Shown: positions 39,417 through 48,767, numbered from the stretch's first letter. The stretch: DNA of 64,000 nucleotides from Kangiellaceae bacterium (GCA_019090895.1 JAHRVB010000121.1:10513-74512), one strand, 5' to 3'. Notes: a model not told the origin generated them from the sequence alone. Numbers and translations are program-made.

Positions 39417-40499
39417 TTATAGGATCGCTTCGATGACTGACCGGTTTTTTCCCTGTTCTTTAGCCTGATACAAACAGTTATCAGCATGTTTATAAAAGTT
39501 TCCATGGGTGTATTTTACATTGGGAATAATATGCACCGCACCAATGCTAATAGTCAGGTCAATCTTACCTTCTTCGGTTTGAATGGGAGCATTGCTGACT
39601 CGAGAACAGATCGTTTTTGTAATCTTTTCGATAAAACCCAAATTAGGTTCAGATATTATTGCCGCATATTCCTCTCCACCGATTCTCGCAACAATATCGG
39701 CCTCTCGTTTGAAACTGCTTTTAATTATTTCCGCCACACTCTTAATCACTTGATCACCTACCGGATGCCCATAACTGTCGTTTACGGCTTTAAAATCGTC
39801 GATATCGATTAAGACCAGCCCAATAGCACTTTGACTTCGCAGATGGCTATTCCAATAAAGCAGTAATGATTCATCGAAAAACCGGCGATTGTAGATGCCC
39901 GTCAAACTGTCAATACGGGCAAGACGTTCCAGCTGTAGTCGCTGCTCAACTCGCTCGAGATACTCACGATTAAGAAGCTTAACTTGGAAAAAAGTAAATA
40001 CCATATAAATCGCAAGCATTATTGCTTCTACGCCTCGCTCTTGAGGAAGAACAAGCGCTGTTACCAATGCAGGGACAGTGATTACTATCAAAAAATAGTT
40101 TGCTAGTACACGATTAGGTGAGTAGGTGACTGCACCACCACTTATTAGGGCTAGGTTAGCCATTAATAAATAAATAAAAAGAGTGCTGTGCTCACTTTCT
40201 GCCATCGTTAGTGCGAATAAAAAACCAAAGACTAACGCTGGTCCTAAAGCGTTAAGGACTAATAAATTGTGCCAAAGCGAATGGCTAAAGGCCATCATTT
40301 TTTTCGAATATTTGTAGGCTAACAATCTGGTAACACCTAACACACCCAATATGCTAGCGATACTCCAAAACAATAAAGGTTGTCCTTGGTGATAATCCGT
40401 GGCGATACCGATCATCACCCAAGCGCCAAAATAAATATAGGCACCATTAACAGAGCGTTTCTCTAGGTCTTGTTCCATTTGTATTATTGGGGTCATCAA
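39417..40499 (-). CDS. Membrane-anchored diguanylate cyclase (multi-TM N-terminus plus GGDEF)
   Basis: GGEEY active-site motif with an RxxD I-site 5 residues upstream (READIVARIGGEEY), and about 6 hydrophobic helices N-terminally. Confidence 0.85.
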   Translation of the reverse strand: MMTPIIQMEQDLEKRSVNGAYIYFGAWVMIGIATDYHQGQPLLFWSIASILGVLGVTRLLAYKYSKKMMAFSHSLWHNLLVLNALGPALVFGFLFALTMAESEHSTLFIYLLMANLALISGGAVTYSPNRVLANYFLIVITVPALVTALVLPQERGVEAIMLAIYMVFTFFQVKLLNREYLERVEQRLQLERLARIDSLTGIYNRRFFDESLLLYWNSHLRSQSAIGLVLIDIDDFKAVNDSYGHPVGDQVIKSVAEIIKSSFKREADIVARIGGEEYAAIISEPNLGFIEKITKTICSRVSNAPIQTEEGKIDLTISIGAVHIIPNVKYTHGNFYKHADNCLYQAKEQGKNRSVIEAIL

Positions 40500-40814
40500 G
40501 CAGTTCCTAATCGTATACCCTATGCTATGCTATGCTTTACTTAAGTTAGCCTAACCAAGCAATACCACTAGATCAGTCTAATTATAGTACTTTTAGCAAG
40601 TCTTCCCATGATAAATTATTCAGCTTCCTGATGATGCGGTTAGCTTGTCTTTAAATATCTGATGAAATTCCTAACCGTTAACCAAATCATCCTCATGGAA
40701 GGTGGTGATTTTTAATACTTTAATCATTTTGAACCGAATACATCATAGCAACGACACATTCATTGAAACCACTCTAGATTAAACATTAAAAAGGTCGCAA
40801 AAAGGAAGATCAAT

Positions 40815-41207
40815 ATGAACTCAATAAAACTAGCTACTGTAACAATACTAATCCTACTTTTCTCAGTTTGTAATGCCAATGCGGCGAAAGAGAATCACGA
40901 TCGCTCAAAGTCACGTTTCAATCATCAATCGCCAAATAGTAATGCTTGTGTATGTACCAAGAAAAAAGTCTGCCCTAAAATAAAACCAAAGTCATCGATT
41001 TCACTAAAACCCGATAGCATCGGTTCTAAGGCGAGTGTAGAAGTACAAAAAGAAACTTGCTCTCTTCCAGTAGGACACACCGTCGGAATACTTGAGTCCG
41101 GTAATTCTCAGGCTACCCCACTTAAAGGTTCAACTAAAGTTTGCACTAGCTCGTCTAAGAGAAAAGTAAAGGAGCACAGAATAAGCTGTTGCTGTGACCA
41201 TTTATAA
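40815..41207 (+). CDS. Secreted Lys/Ser/Cys-rich small protein, unknown function
   Basis: Signal peptide (LILLFSVCNANA). 10 Cys in the full-length sequence (9 after signal-peptide cleavage), including CVCTKKKVC and a C-terminal ISCCCDHL. Confidence 0.45.
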   Translation: MNSIKLATVTILILLFSVCNANAAKENHDRSKSRFNHQSPNSNACVCTKKKVCPKIKPKSSISLKPDSIGSKASVEVQKETCSLPVGHTVGILESGNSQATPLKGSTKVCTSSSKRKVKEHRISCCCDHL

Positions 41208-41376
41208 CAAACAGGGTATTCACAGAAATCGGTATGCAGGAATACAATTTAGTCTCAAATTGCTATATATATAATGCTTTATCACAACAATGGGTATAAA
41301 GTGATATAATTGCATTCGAATGGATTCATCTACCCTCAAAACGCAAAAAATAAAACCTATCGCGGGAGTGTAAATA

Positions 41377-43425
41377 ATGAAATGTTCTTTTTTGTCAGCA
41401 ATTTTGTTGTGCACATTATTTACTTCCTCCTCAATACAATATTCAACGGCTGTACCTCTCGACAGTAAGACTTTTGATACTAATTCCCTAACAACTGACA
41501 GAATAAGTCTATTGCCAAGCGAGCAGGCTGAATTTAGACGACCTTCAGAACCATTAAAACTCACGTTCCCATATGAAAGGTTCACTGACCAAGAAGAATC
41601 AATCATCATAGAATTAGATGCTATTGATATAACATCTGTCATTCAACAAAATGGTGATGAAGCTACGTTTACGCCACCACAAGCATTGTCGGTAGGATCC
41701 CACGAATTAAGAGTCGTTGAATACACTGAAGAAGGTGACATTGAAGAATTAGCCTTTTGGGTGTTTGAAATTCGACAATCTAAACTGTTTGAACAATATC
41801 AATTAAGTGTCGATACACAACTTGCAAGTAACTATCAACTTTCAGAGAAAAACGCTGCCAGTACAAAAGCATATCAAGGACAAGCAGTGAGCCAAGTCGC
41901 TTTTAATGCAAGAAACGGTAGTTGGCAGACGGAAGGTCAATTCGATTTATTTTATGATAGCATTGAACAAAACCGCCCCACAGAACGGTCAATTGAAAAT
42001 AGCGACTTTTTGTTCTCAGTTGGAAATGATTATCACACTGCAAAAATAGGTCATCATAGCCCAGCTGTAACCAGTTTAGTTATGGACAATTTTAGGCGAA
42101 GAGGGCTTTCACTTGAATCTAAGTTAGCAAGTATCAGTTCGCGAGTTTCAGGATTTGTTTTATCCAGTCTGGATGTTTCTGGTTTGGGTAACGGATTGGC
42201 AATCAGTAACGCCACTCAGCGAGTTTCTGGTATGACAATTGACTCAAGCCCTTTTACAGAAGCCCCGCGATCTCTTTACTTGACGGCAACTTGGCTTTCC
42301 GCAAAAACATCGAAGCCTAACCAATTCTCCATCAATAGCAACAACTCACCCTACACAGGAACTGATGGAGACGCATGGGCATTAAGTGGTGAAAGTCTTT
42401 TATTTGACAGTAAACTAAGATTAAAAGCCGAGTATGCTGAAACCGACTACGATTTTGATGTGAATGATAATATAGAATCAGACAGTGATAAAGCTTACCA
42501 CTTCTTGCTCGCCTATAATGATGTAACCGATTTTGGCGTTGTCTGGAATGCCGGTGCAAGTACTCAAAAAATAGGTACTTTTTTTAAAAGCTCTGCCAAC
42601 CAGGGATTACCAAGCGACAAAAAAGCCACCAAAACTTTCGCTGGTGCGCAGTGGCAAACCTTTGGAGTTCAGGCAAATGTAGAGCGCCAAGAAGACAATG
42701 TTAACAACTTGTCGCAACTACCTCGAATTCAGACTGACTTGGCCAGCTTTAATTTCAATTGGTCCCCAACCATCGAGGATACAGGCTCTGTATTTGGGCT
42801 GCCAAGTTTAGTTATTTCCACTACCCACCAAAGCCAACTACAAACGTCCCGTCCCATAAGTTTCACTTTGCCAGAAGCAAACAGCGACGTTCAAAACTGG
42901 CAATTGGGTAGTCAATTTTCTTTTCAGCAAAACAGTTGGGGATTATCACTTAATGCGACAGAACTAGTTGACCGCAGCTTTATACAACCCCATAGCAAAA
43001 CTTACAGTATCGACTGGCATGCCAATTTATTCTTTGGTGAAGATTCGAATACTACATTGACTCCTTTCGTAGCTTGGAATGAAACCACAGATAAAATCAA
43101 TCAGACCAAGACACGTACAATGACCTATGCGCTTCAAGCCGCATTCACAATTGTACCCAATAAATTGAACTTCGCATTCAATTTAAACTGGAATAAAAAC
43201 AGAATAAATCAACATCTGTTGCATGATGATAATTTAGCTGCCAATGCTTCGCTTAGTTGGTACATCATCCAACCGAGTGAGAACGAATTTGGAGTCGATT
43301 TGAGTTTAAGTGGCACCTACAACGACTATGAAGATCAACTGTTTGTTCTAAACTCGATTAAACAGTACCAAACATTTTTAACCCTCAGCGTAATTCTTCC
43401 AACTCGAGCAGGGCAAGAACAATGA
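41377..43425 (+). CDS. Secreted protein with an N-terminal Ig-like region and a long beta-barrel-like C-terminal part; family not recognised
   Basis: GGGAG RBS and a signal peptide. The strand pattern is alternating and rich in Asn/Ser/Thr/aromatic residues through to the C-terminus (YQTFLTLSVIL). Confidence 0.5.
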   Translation: MKCSFLSAILLCTLFTSSSIQYSTAVPLDSKTFDTNSLTTDRISLLPSEQAEFRRPSEPLKLTFPYERFTDQEESIIIELDAIDITSVIQQNGDEATFTPPQALSVGSHELRVVEYTEEGDIEELAFWVFEIRQSKLFEQYQLSVDTQLASNYQLSEKNAASTKAYQGQAVSQVAFNARNGSWQTEGQFDLFYDSIEQNRPTERSIENSDFLFSVGNDYHTAKIGHHSPAVTSLVMDNFRRRGLSLESKLASISSRVSGFVLSSLDVSGLGNGLAISNATQRVSGMTIDSSPFTEAPRSLYLTATWLSAKTSKPNQFSINSNNSPYTGTDGDAWALSGESLLFDSKLRLKAEYAETDYDFDVNDNIESDSDKAYHFLLAYNDVTDFGVVWNAGASTQKIGTFFKSSANQGLPSDKKATKTFAGAQWQTFGVQANVERQEDNVNNLSQLPRIQTDLASFNFNWSPTIEDTGSVFGLPSLVISTTHQSQLQTSRPISFTLPEANSDVQNWQLGSQFSFQQNSWGLSLNATELVDRSFIQPHSKTYSIDWHANLFFGEDSNTTLTPFVAWNETTDKINQTKTRTMTYALQAAFTIVPNKLNFAFNLNWNKNRINQHLLHDDNLAANASLSWYIIQPSENEFGVDLSLSGTYNDYEDQLFVLNSIKQYQTFLTLSVILPTRAGQEQ

Positions 43426-44651
43426 AAATAATATACAATTTTACTGATTGTTCTGAAACAAGAACTAAATATCGGAACCGTTGTACTTCGTATAAATCCC
43501 GGTTATTAAAACTCACTTTAAGAGTTGTATTGATTTGTCTTTCGACCTTCAGTGCTTATAGTCATTCAACCATAATATCTGTACAAGGCTCCACTGCGCA
43601 GACGCAGCTTTCGACCATCGGTTCTGCACAAGTTCAATTGACTTGGTCTGTCGTTGAACAAGAAAACGCGATTGGACAAGCAACCATTAGTTCAACTGAA
43701 GGCTTCTTTTTTGACTCTTCACGCGAGATTTTAATCGGCCGTGACAACCGTTCTTTAATCATGAGCCAACGACTAGCAGAAGGAGCTAATACCAATTTCA
43801 TTTTCAGAGAATCGTTAGTTATTCCACGTAGCATTATGCACCAGGCGAATGAAATGGGACTAACAGAAATAGTATATGTTAGAGCATTTACAGATACACC
43901 TGGGAATACGACATTGTCGAATGCAGTAAGGTTTTCGCTTATTACGAGTGGTTTCGCAGGTCAACTGAAACTAACCTACATTCAAATGGAATTTGATAAT
44001 TCAAAAACATCAACCATCATTACAGCCGGTTCTCCACTTCATGCCCAAGCGCTTCTCAACTATAAGGGGAGTGGCTTAATAAGTTACGGTTGGGAAATTG
44101 CCACGCCACCGAGCACCAAAAACCAGCCTGTATTTAGTCCTCTCGTTCGCCGTCAACAATATTTAATGAGTGGTGGTCAGGTAACCATTAAATCACCTAA
44201 ACTTCCTTCAAGAAATCAAGGAAGTTATCTGCTGCAACTACGAATTACTCAACCGGAGTCTGAATTTAAGCTTCCTATTTTAAGATATATTGTTAGTGGG
44301 GGCCGTGGCAGTGAATCCAATATTGGTGTCGCTTCGATTCAAACCATTTTGCCATTAGCTAATCAAAAACTTGTACCTGAAACAACTTTCTCATGGAATC
44401 CAGTTGATGGAGCCAAAGCATATCAACTTGAACTCTACGACAGTCCAATTGTTTCAAATAATCAAATCGGACTGAATTCAGAAAAACCGATTACAGGAAT
44501 ACTAATACCTGCGAAAGAAACCCAAACAAAGATAGGTCGTGTGTCCCGCACCCATTTGCTCCAAGGAACTAGCTATTACTGGCAAGTCGTCGCCGTATCA
44601 GCAGAGGGAAAAATAATAGGCAAGAGTGAGCTTAAGAGAGTTAACTACTGA
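43422..44651 (+). CDS. N-terminally anchored/secreted beta-rich protein with an FN3/Ig-like C-terminal domain; family not recognised
   Basis: ATGA overlap with the upstream ORF. Hydrophobic segment VVLICLSTFSAYS, and FSWNPVDGAKAYQLELY...SYYWQVVAV. Confidence 0.5.
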   Translation: MKIIYNFTDCSETRTKYRNRCTSYKSRLLKLTLRVVLICLSTFSAYSHSTIISVQGSTAQTQLSTIGSAQVQLTWSVVEQENAIGQATISSTEGFFFDSSREILIGRDNRSLIMSQRLAEGANTNFIFRESLVIPRSIMHQANEMGLTEIVYVRAFTDTPGNTTLSNAVRFSLITSGFAGQLKLTYIQMEFDNSKTSTIITAGSPLHAQALLNYKGSGLISYGWEIATPPSTKNQPVFSPLVRRQQYLMSGGQVTIKSPKLPSRNQGSYLLQLRITQPESEFKLPILRYIVSGGRGSESNIGVASIQTILPLANQKLVPETTFSWNPVDGAKAYQLELYDSPIVSNNQIGLNSEKPITGILIPAKETQTKIGRVSRTHLLQGTSYYWQVVAVSAEGKIIGKSELKRVNY

Positions 44652-45259
44652 TGACTGGACCAATGAAAGACTCAAGTTCTAGTTTAAATGCACAATGCGT
44701 CAAGCATTCTATCAATCAACTCCAGTCGATTGCAGCCGGTGATGAAAAAGCGATGCGAGAGTTTTTTGAGGAAAACGCTAACAGCGTTTATCAATATGCG
44801 ATAAGTCGTTGTGGGGATAACAGTGTTGCAAATGATGTTTTGAACAACGTTATGATGGAGGTATGGAAGCATGCTGACAGATTTGAAGGTCGTTCAAAAA
44901 TATCAACTTGGCTAATTAGCATTGCACGATTCAAATTGATCGACTTATATCGCTCGGAAAAAAAGCATCTGCATAATGAGTTAGAAGATTGCATCGAAGA
45001 CCCTTTGGCCGTCAGTGAACAACTTGCTGAAGCGGCTCAACATACTAAGAGCGTCAAAGCTTGTGTAGATAGACTAGGCGATGTACACAAAGAAATTGTT
45101 CACCTCACTTTCTATTCCGATATGGCATACCCTGAAATAGCCCAAATAATTAACGTACCGGTTGGCACTGTAAAATCACGAATGCACCACGCAAAAGAAT
45201 CGCTCAAACGTTGCCTCGCTTCATTCTTAGGAACGGAGAATGACCATGTCATCATCTAA
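44651..45259 (+). CDS. ECF sigma factor
   Basis: Region 2 (NDVLNNVMMEVWKHADRFEGRSKISTWLISIARFKLIDLYR) and region 4 (EIVHLTFYSDMAYPEIAQIINVPVGTVKSRMHHAKESLKRCL). TGATG overlap with the upstream ORF. Confidence 0.85.
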   Translation: MTGPMKDSSSSLNAQCVKHSINQLQSIAAGDEKAMREFFEENANSVYQYAISRCGDNSVANDVLNNVMMEVWKHADRFEGRSKISTWLISIARFKLIDLYRSEKKHLHNELEDCIEDPLAVSEQLAEAAQHTKSVKACVDRLGDVHKEIVHLTFYSDMAYPEIAQIINVPVGTVKSRMHHAKESLKRCLASFLGTENDHVII

Positions 45260-45884
45260 CAATAATGGCAACTCAACTAATGATTTGGCTGACCAAGAAA
45301 AATTACTCCCTTGGCTGGTGAATGATACTCTAGAGCCTGCAGAAAAGGACGCACTGCAGCAAATATTGACTCATTCAGAGAAACTTCAGCAAGACAAAAA
45401 GGATTTGGAACATTTACGACAGCAAATCAAAGCGCAATCTAGACCAAACCTTCCAGTTGAGTTTGCCTGGCAAAAACTAAAAAGGCAAATAGACCGCGAA
45501 AAGAAAAAATCGAACAAAAAAAGTGTGAATAAAACATCATCCATTGCAACAACTAAATGGCGAATAACAGCGATTGCGGCATCCGCGTTATTGGCGATTC
45601 AGACCACCAGCATTATTACTTCGCTTGAAGAGGATACCTTTATTCCGTTATCTAGTGGCTTGCAAACGACAACGACCTATGCCCAGATTTTTACTGTCGA
45701 ATTTGTTGGAGCAGTCACCATGGATGATATTCACCAATTATTACTCAAACACCAATTATCGATTATTTCAGGCCCGTCATCAGCAGGATTGTATCGACTA
45801 GTCAGTCAAGAAAAATCCGATACTATTTTACAAACACTGAAAAACAACTCAAAGATAATTAAACATGTTCAAGTGGAAGAATAA
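45240..45884 (+). CDS. Single-pass anti-sigma factor without a zinc-binding motif, with a small alpha/beta periplasmic domain
   Basis: 20-nt overlap with the sigma gene. N-terminal LLPWLVNDTLEPAEKDAL anti-sigma-type helix with no H-x3-C-x2-C, and a TM helix WRITAIAASALLAIQTTSII. Confidence 0.6.
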   Translation: MTMSSSNNNGNSTNDLADQEKLLPWLVNDTLEPAEKDALQQILTHSEKLQQDKKDLEHLRQQIKAQSRPNLPVEFAWQKLKRQIDREKKKSNKKSVNKTSSIATTKWRITAIAASALLAIQTTSIITSLEEDTFIPLSSGLQTTTTYAQIFTVEFVGAVTMDDIHQLLLKHQLSIISGPSSAGLYRLVSQEKSDTILQTLKNNSKIIKHVQVEE

Positions 45885-47700
45885 AAATAATTGGTTTCAA
45901 AAAAGAAAAATCATTAACCAACTCGATTGGTCGATTACGGGATCTTCGGCAAAGTTTAGTTGTATTCGTTGGATGTTATATTGCGCCATAATTACATCGC
46001 TAAATGTTAGTCCTTTGGCTGCAACTAACACTACTCGTTCTCACGGAACTTCAACTCGCGATACTGATAGAAACCAGCCTCAACTATTGAACTACTCTCC
46101 ACAACCTTGCGTTCAAGCAGACAATTTGATGACACTTTCTGGTAAATCCCTGACCAACACAAGCTTTCTAGGTGATAACCTATCTCTCCATTTACATTTA
46201 GAACCTAGTAGCCAAAATTTTACTTTTGAACCTCAGCTGGTAGAAACACAGTCATGGACAGATTCCACCATTCGAGTCCTTGTACCACATTTCCTATCAA
46301 CTTCTCGTTCACAAGTTGTCGTCGCCCTACGTATTGTCAGCGGTAACGAGTGGCACAGCGAACCTATATCAGTCGCAATTTGCGCCACACCAACAACTCA
46401 AAATGATGTCGATTCAAAAAACCCATCCCAATCAACGGCCGAGCCTGATACAACTATAGAAGACCGTCCAGAACCAAAAGAACCAAAAAACGATGAAATG
46501 GCGCGCCGATTATCCCATCACACGAGCAGTAATAGTTTACTCAGTACAGGTTTACCACCACTGCCCAAATCCTTGATTATCCCAAAACGTCAAGACAATG
46601 AAGAGTTTGTTTTAAATGAAATAATCGCAGGTTCAGCCGATATGGACGAGGCTAAATCCTTAGCCAAATTGATGGGTAATTTTGGAGCTACGCTTGTTCG
46701 CCGTAAGAAGCTTTCTAATCTCAATTTGGTATTGAGTACTTTTAGGTTAGCTGCAAGCGCACAAGTATTGGAAGTGATTACTCAAATAAAATCACAACAG
46801 CCTCATACATGGATCGACGCAAATCATTTCTACCTTTCACAATCAGCAAACAAAAATACCACTAGGTCACCAGTTAAAGTTTCAGGCAACCGAAAAAGAC
46901 TATTTGACACAATCGGACTGAAATCGCCAAATGTATGCAAAAACAACCTATCCATCGGGATTTTAGACGGCCCAATTGATACCACGGCGTTATCACTAAA
47001 AGAAAAATCTATCGTGCAAAAGAAAATGTTCAGTCGTGGAAAGAAAGAAGGAATAAGTGACCATGCCACAGCCATTGCATCACTGCTCATTGGCAACACA
47101 CAATTTCCAGAGCTGGCCGGAGTCGTCAGTAACGCTCAATTATTTGTTGGTGTCGTCATGCAGCAGGACAAACAAAATAAGAAAAAAAGCGTCGCTACCA
47201 CTGAAAACCTAATTTTGGGATTAGATTGGCTGCTGAAGAAAAAAGTCCAAGTGATTAACTTAAGCTTAGGTGGACCTCGAAACGTGTTGCTCGAAATGGC
47301 GTTAGTTAAAGTACTCGCAGCAAAAGTAGCCGTGGTCGCTGCTGCGGGCAATGGAAACTCGAAACTCGAACAGATATTCCCTGCCGCTCAGCGAGGTGTA
47401 ATAGCAGTTAGCGCAATAGACTTCGAGTACTTCATCGCTAGAGAAAGTCATCAAGGGGATTATATTGACCTTACGGCACCGGGCGTTGATATTTGGGTAG
47501 CCTCAACAAACGGAAGTGCCCACTATCTTTCAGGCTCCTCTATGGCTTCGCCTCTAGTAGCCGCTGCATTGGCTCAACTTGGTGGGAAACCTTCTCTCGC
47601 TATTTCGCTATTTGATACAGCTCGCGATCTGGGAAAGCCAGGAAAGGACTCAACATATGGCTGGGGCGGTTTACAATTTCCGTCTTGTTCTACCAAATGA
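45865..47700 (+). CDS. S8 (subtilase) family serine peptidase with an N-terminal extension and a propeptide-like region
   Basis: Triad motifs IGILDGPID (Asp), DHATAIASLLIG (His) and SGSSMASPLVAAALA (Ser), with AAGNGN as the oxyanion Asn. 20-nt overlap with the anti-sigma gene. Confidence 0.85.
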   Translation: MFKWKNKNNWFQKRKIINQLDWSITGSSAKFSCIRWMLYCAIITSLNVSPLAATNTTRSHGTSTRDTDRNQPQLLNYSPQPCVQADNLMTLSGKSLTNTSFLGDNLSLHLHLEPSSQNFTFEPQLVETQSWTDSTIRVLVPHFLSTSRSQVVVALRIVSGNEWHSEPISVAICATPTTQNDVDSKNPSQSTAEPDTTIEDRPEPKEPKNDEMARRLSHHTSSNSLLSTGLPPLPKSLIIPKRQDNEEFVLNEIIAGSADMDEAKSLAKLMGNFGATLVRRKKLSNLNLVLSTFRLAASAQVLEVITQIKSQQPHTWIDANHFYLSQSANKNTTRSPVKVSGNRKRLFDTIGLKSPNVCKNNLSIGILDGPIDTTALSLKEKSIVQKKMFSRGKKEGISDHATAIASLLIGNTQFPELAGVVSNAQLFVGVVMQQDKQNKKKSVATTENLILGLDWLLKKKVQVINLSLGGPRNVLLEMALVKVLAAKVAVVAAAGNGNSKLEQIFPAAQRGVIAVSAIDFEYFIARESHQGDYIDLTAPGVDIWVASTNGSAHYLSGSSMASPLVAAALAQLGGKPSLAISLFDTARDLGKPGKDSTYGWGGLQFPSCSTK

Positions 47701-47896
47701 AGCTAGTCGAAAAATATTCGATTTTTATAGTTCTCACGAAAAACAAAAAAACAAATGTTAATTATCAGCCTGTTAGGCTAGCTTTCGTTTCACGATTTCG
47801 AAAGATCAGCTTTTTTTAATAAAAAAATCACTTTTATTGAACCACTGACTAATACCTGCCGACTCATAAGTGCCAACACACTATGAGGAAATAAAA

Positions 47897-48571
47897 ATGA
47901 CTATTAAACAATTAACAAGCGTGCTATTTTTTACCATAACTTTCACCGCAACTTCAAGTTTCGCAGAGACAAACAAGCCGACTGTGGCGAGTAAAAAAAC
48001 CACAGCGACTGCAGCAAGTACTCGAGAAAAAGGTTCAGGAATGGCCACTGGAAGACGCTCCTACTCCCCTAGTTTGCATACCAAAGATGTTGATAAATCC
48101 TCGCCACTAGCAGCCTCGAATTATAGGAAGTGCCCTGACGGCACCATGATTAACCCCGGTGAAAAATGTCCAGAAAAAGCCGCAAAAAACGCGACTGGGT
48201 TACCTACAGGGAAACGTCAACATAAGCCACTTAACCTAAGGAAACGAATTGATAAAGCAACTCCGCTAAGTGCTCACGGAAAAGCGGGCTATAGACTTTG
48301 CCCCGACGGAACAAGGATAAATCCTGGAGAGAAATGTCCTGAAAAAACGGCTAGAGCAGTTGCAGGGAATTGCCCGGATGGATCGACCGTAATACCTCCC
48401 CAACGTTGTCACGAGAAACTAAATGCTAAGACTACCCAATGTCCAAGTACATCACCCACACGATGCATGAAGCCACCTACTCGTGCAGGATATCGACTCT
48501 GTCCTGATGGTACAAAAATTACTCATGGTCAAAAATGCCCAGAAAAAGCGAGAAAACCTGGCAACCGTTAG
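47897..48571 (+). CDS. Secreted basic repeat protein with five C-x7/11-C mini-hairpins
   Basis: GAGGAA RBS before ATG 47897 and a signal peptide (FFTITFTATSSFA). Repeats CPDGTMINPGEKCPEK, CPDGTRINPGEKCPEK, CPDGSTVIPPQRCHEK and CPDGTKITHGQKCPEK. Confidence 0.6.
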   Translation: MTIKQLTSVLFFTITFTATSSFAETNKPTVASKKTTATAASTREKGSGMATGRRSYSPSLHTKDVDKSSPLAASNYRKCPDGTMINPGEKCPEKAAKNATGLPTGKRQHKPLNLRKRIDKATPLSAHGKAGYRLCPDGTRINPGEKCPEKTARAVAGNCPDGSTVIPPQRCHEKLNAKTTQCPSTSPTRCMKPPTRAGYRLCPDGTKITHGQKCPEKARKPGNR

Positions 48572-48767
48572 AAACGGTTGTTAGTTTCTCCTTAACTCGT
48601 GATCTATCGACAACTTAGGATACGTATATTCAGTTCGTTTAGTTATCAAAAACCTCTCTATTGCCAATAAAACCCTCAAGTCCTGAAAAGATCGACTAAA
48701 CTTACAAGGATAGTTGCAAAATCTATGTGAACTAAAACCTAGCTTTATTTCTTTAGAGGTAAAATCA

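Noticed and set aside
40521-40535. A (TATGC)x3 pentamer repeat lies 22-36 nt upstream of the diguanylate cyclase start.
   Set aside because: Three copies are too few to argue for a functional or hypervariable microsatellite without population data.
41220-41642. A 140-aa minus-strand ORF overlaps the start of the 41377 gene.
   Set aside because: It has no RBS, is of low complexity, and is antisense to a gene with a strong RBS and signal peptide. It is likely spurious.
47356-47369. AACTCGA AACTCGA inside the subtilase CDS is identical to the intergenic heptamer unit at 708-721.
   Set aside because: There are only two copies. They are read in frame as part of AAGNGNSKLEQ, right after the conserved oxyanion Asn, and a 14-nt insertion would break the frame. 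I treat it as coincidence, but it would be worth including in a genome-wide heptamer census.
47782-47817. A possible terminator after the subtilase gene (CTTTCG...CGAAAG stem plus T7).
   Set aside because: The stem is only 6 bp, the loop is 11 nt, and 6 nt separate the stem from the T run. This is too weak to call.
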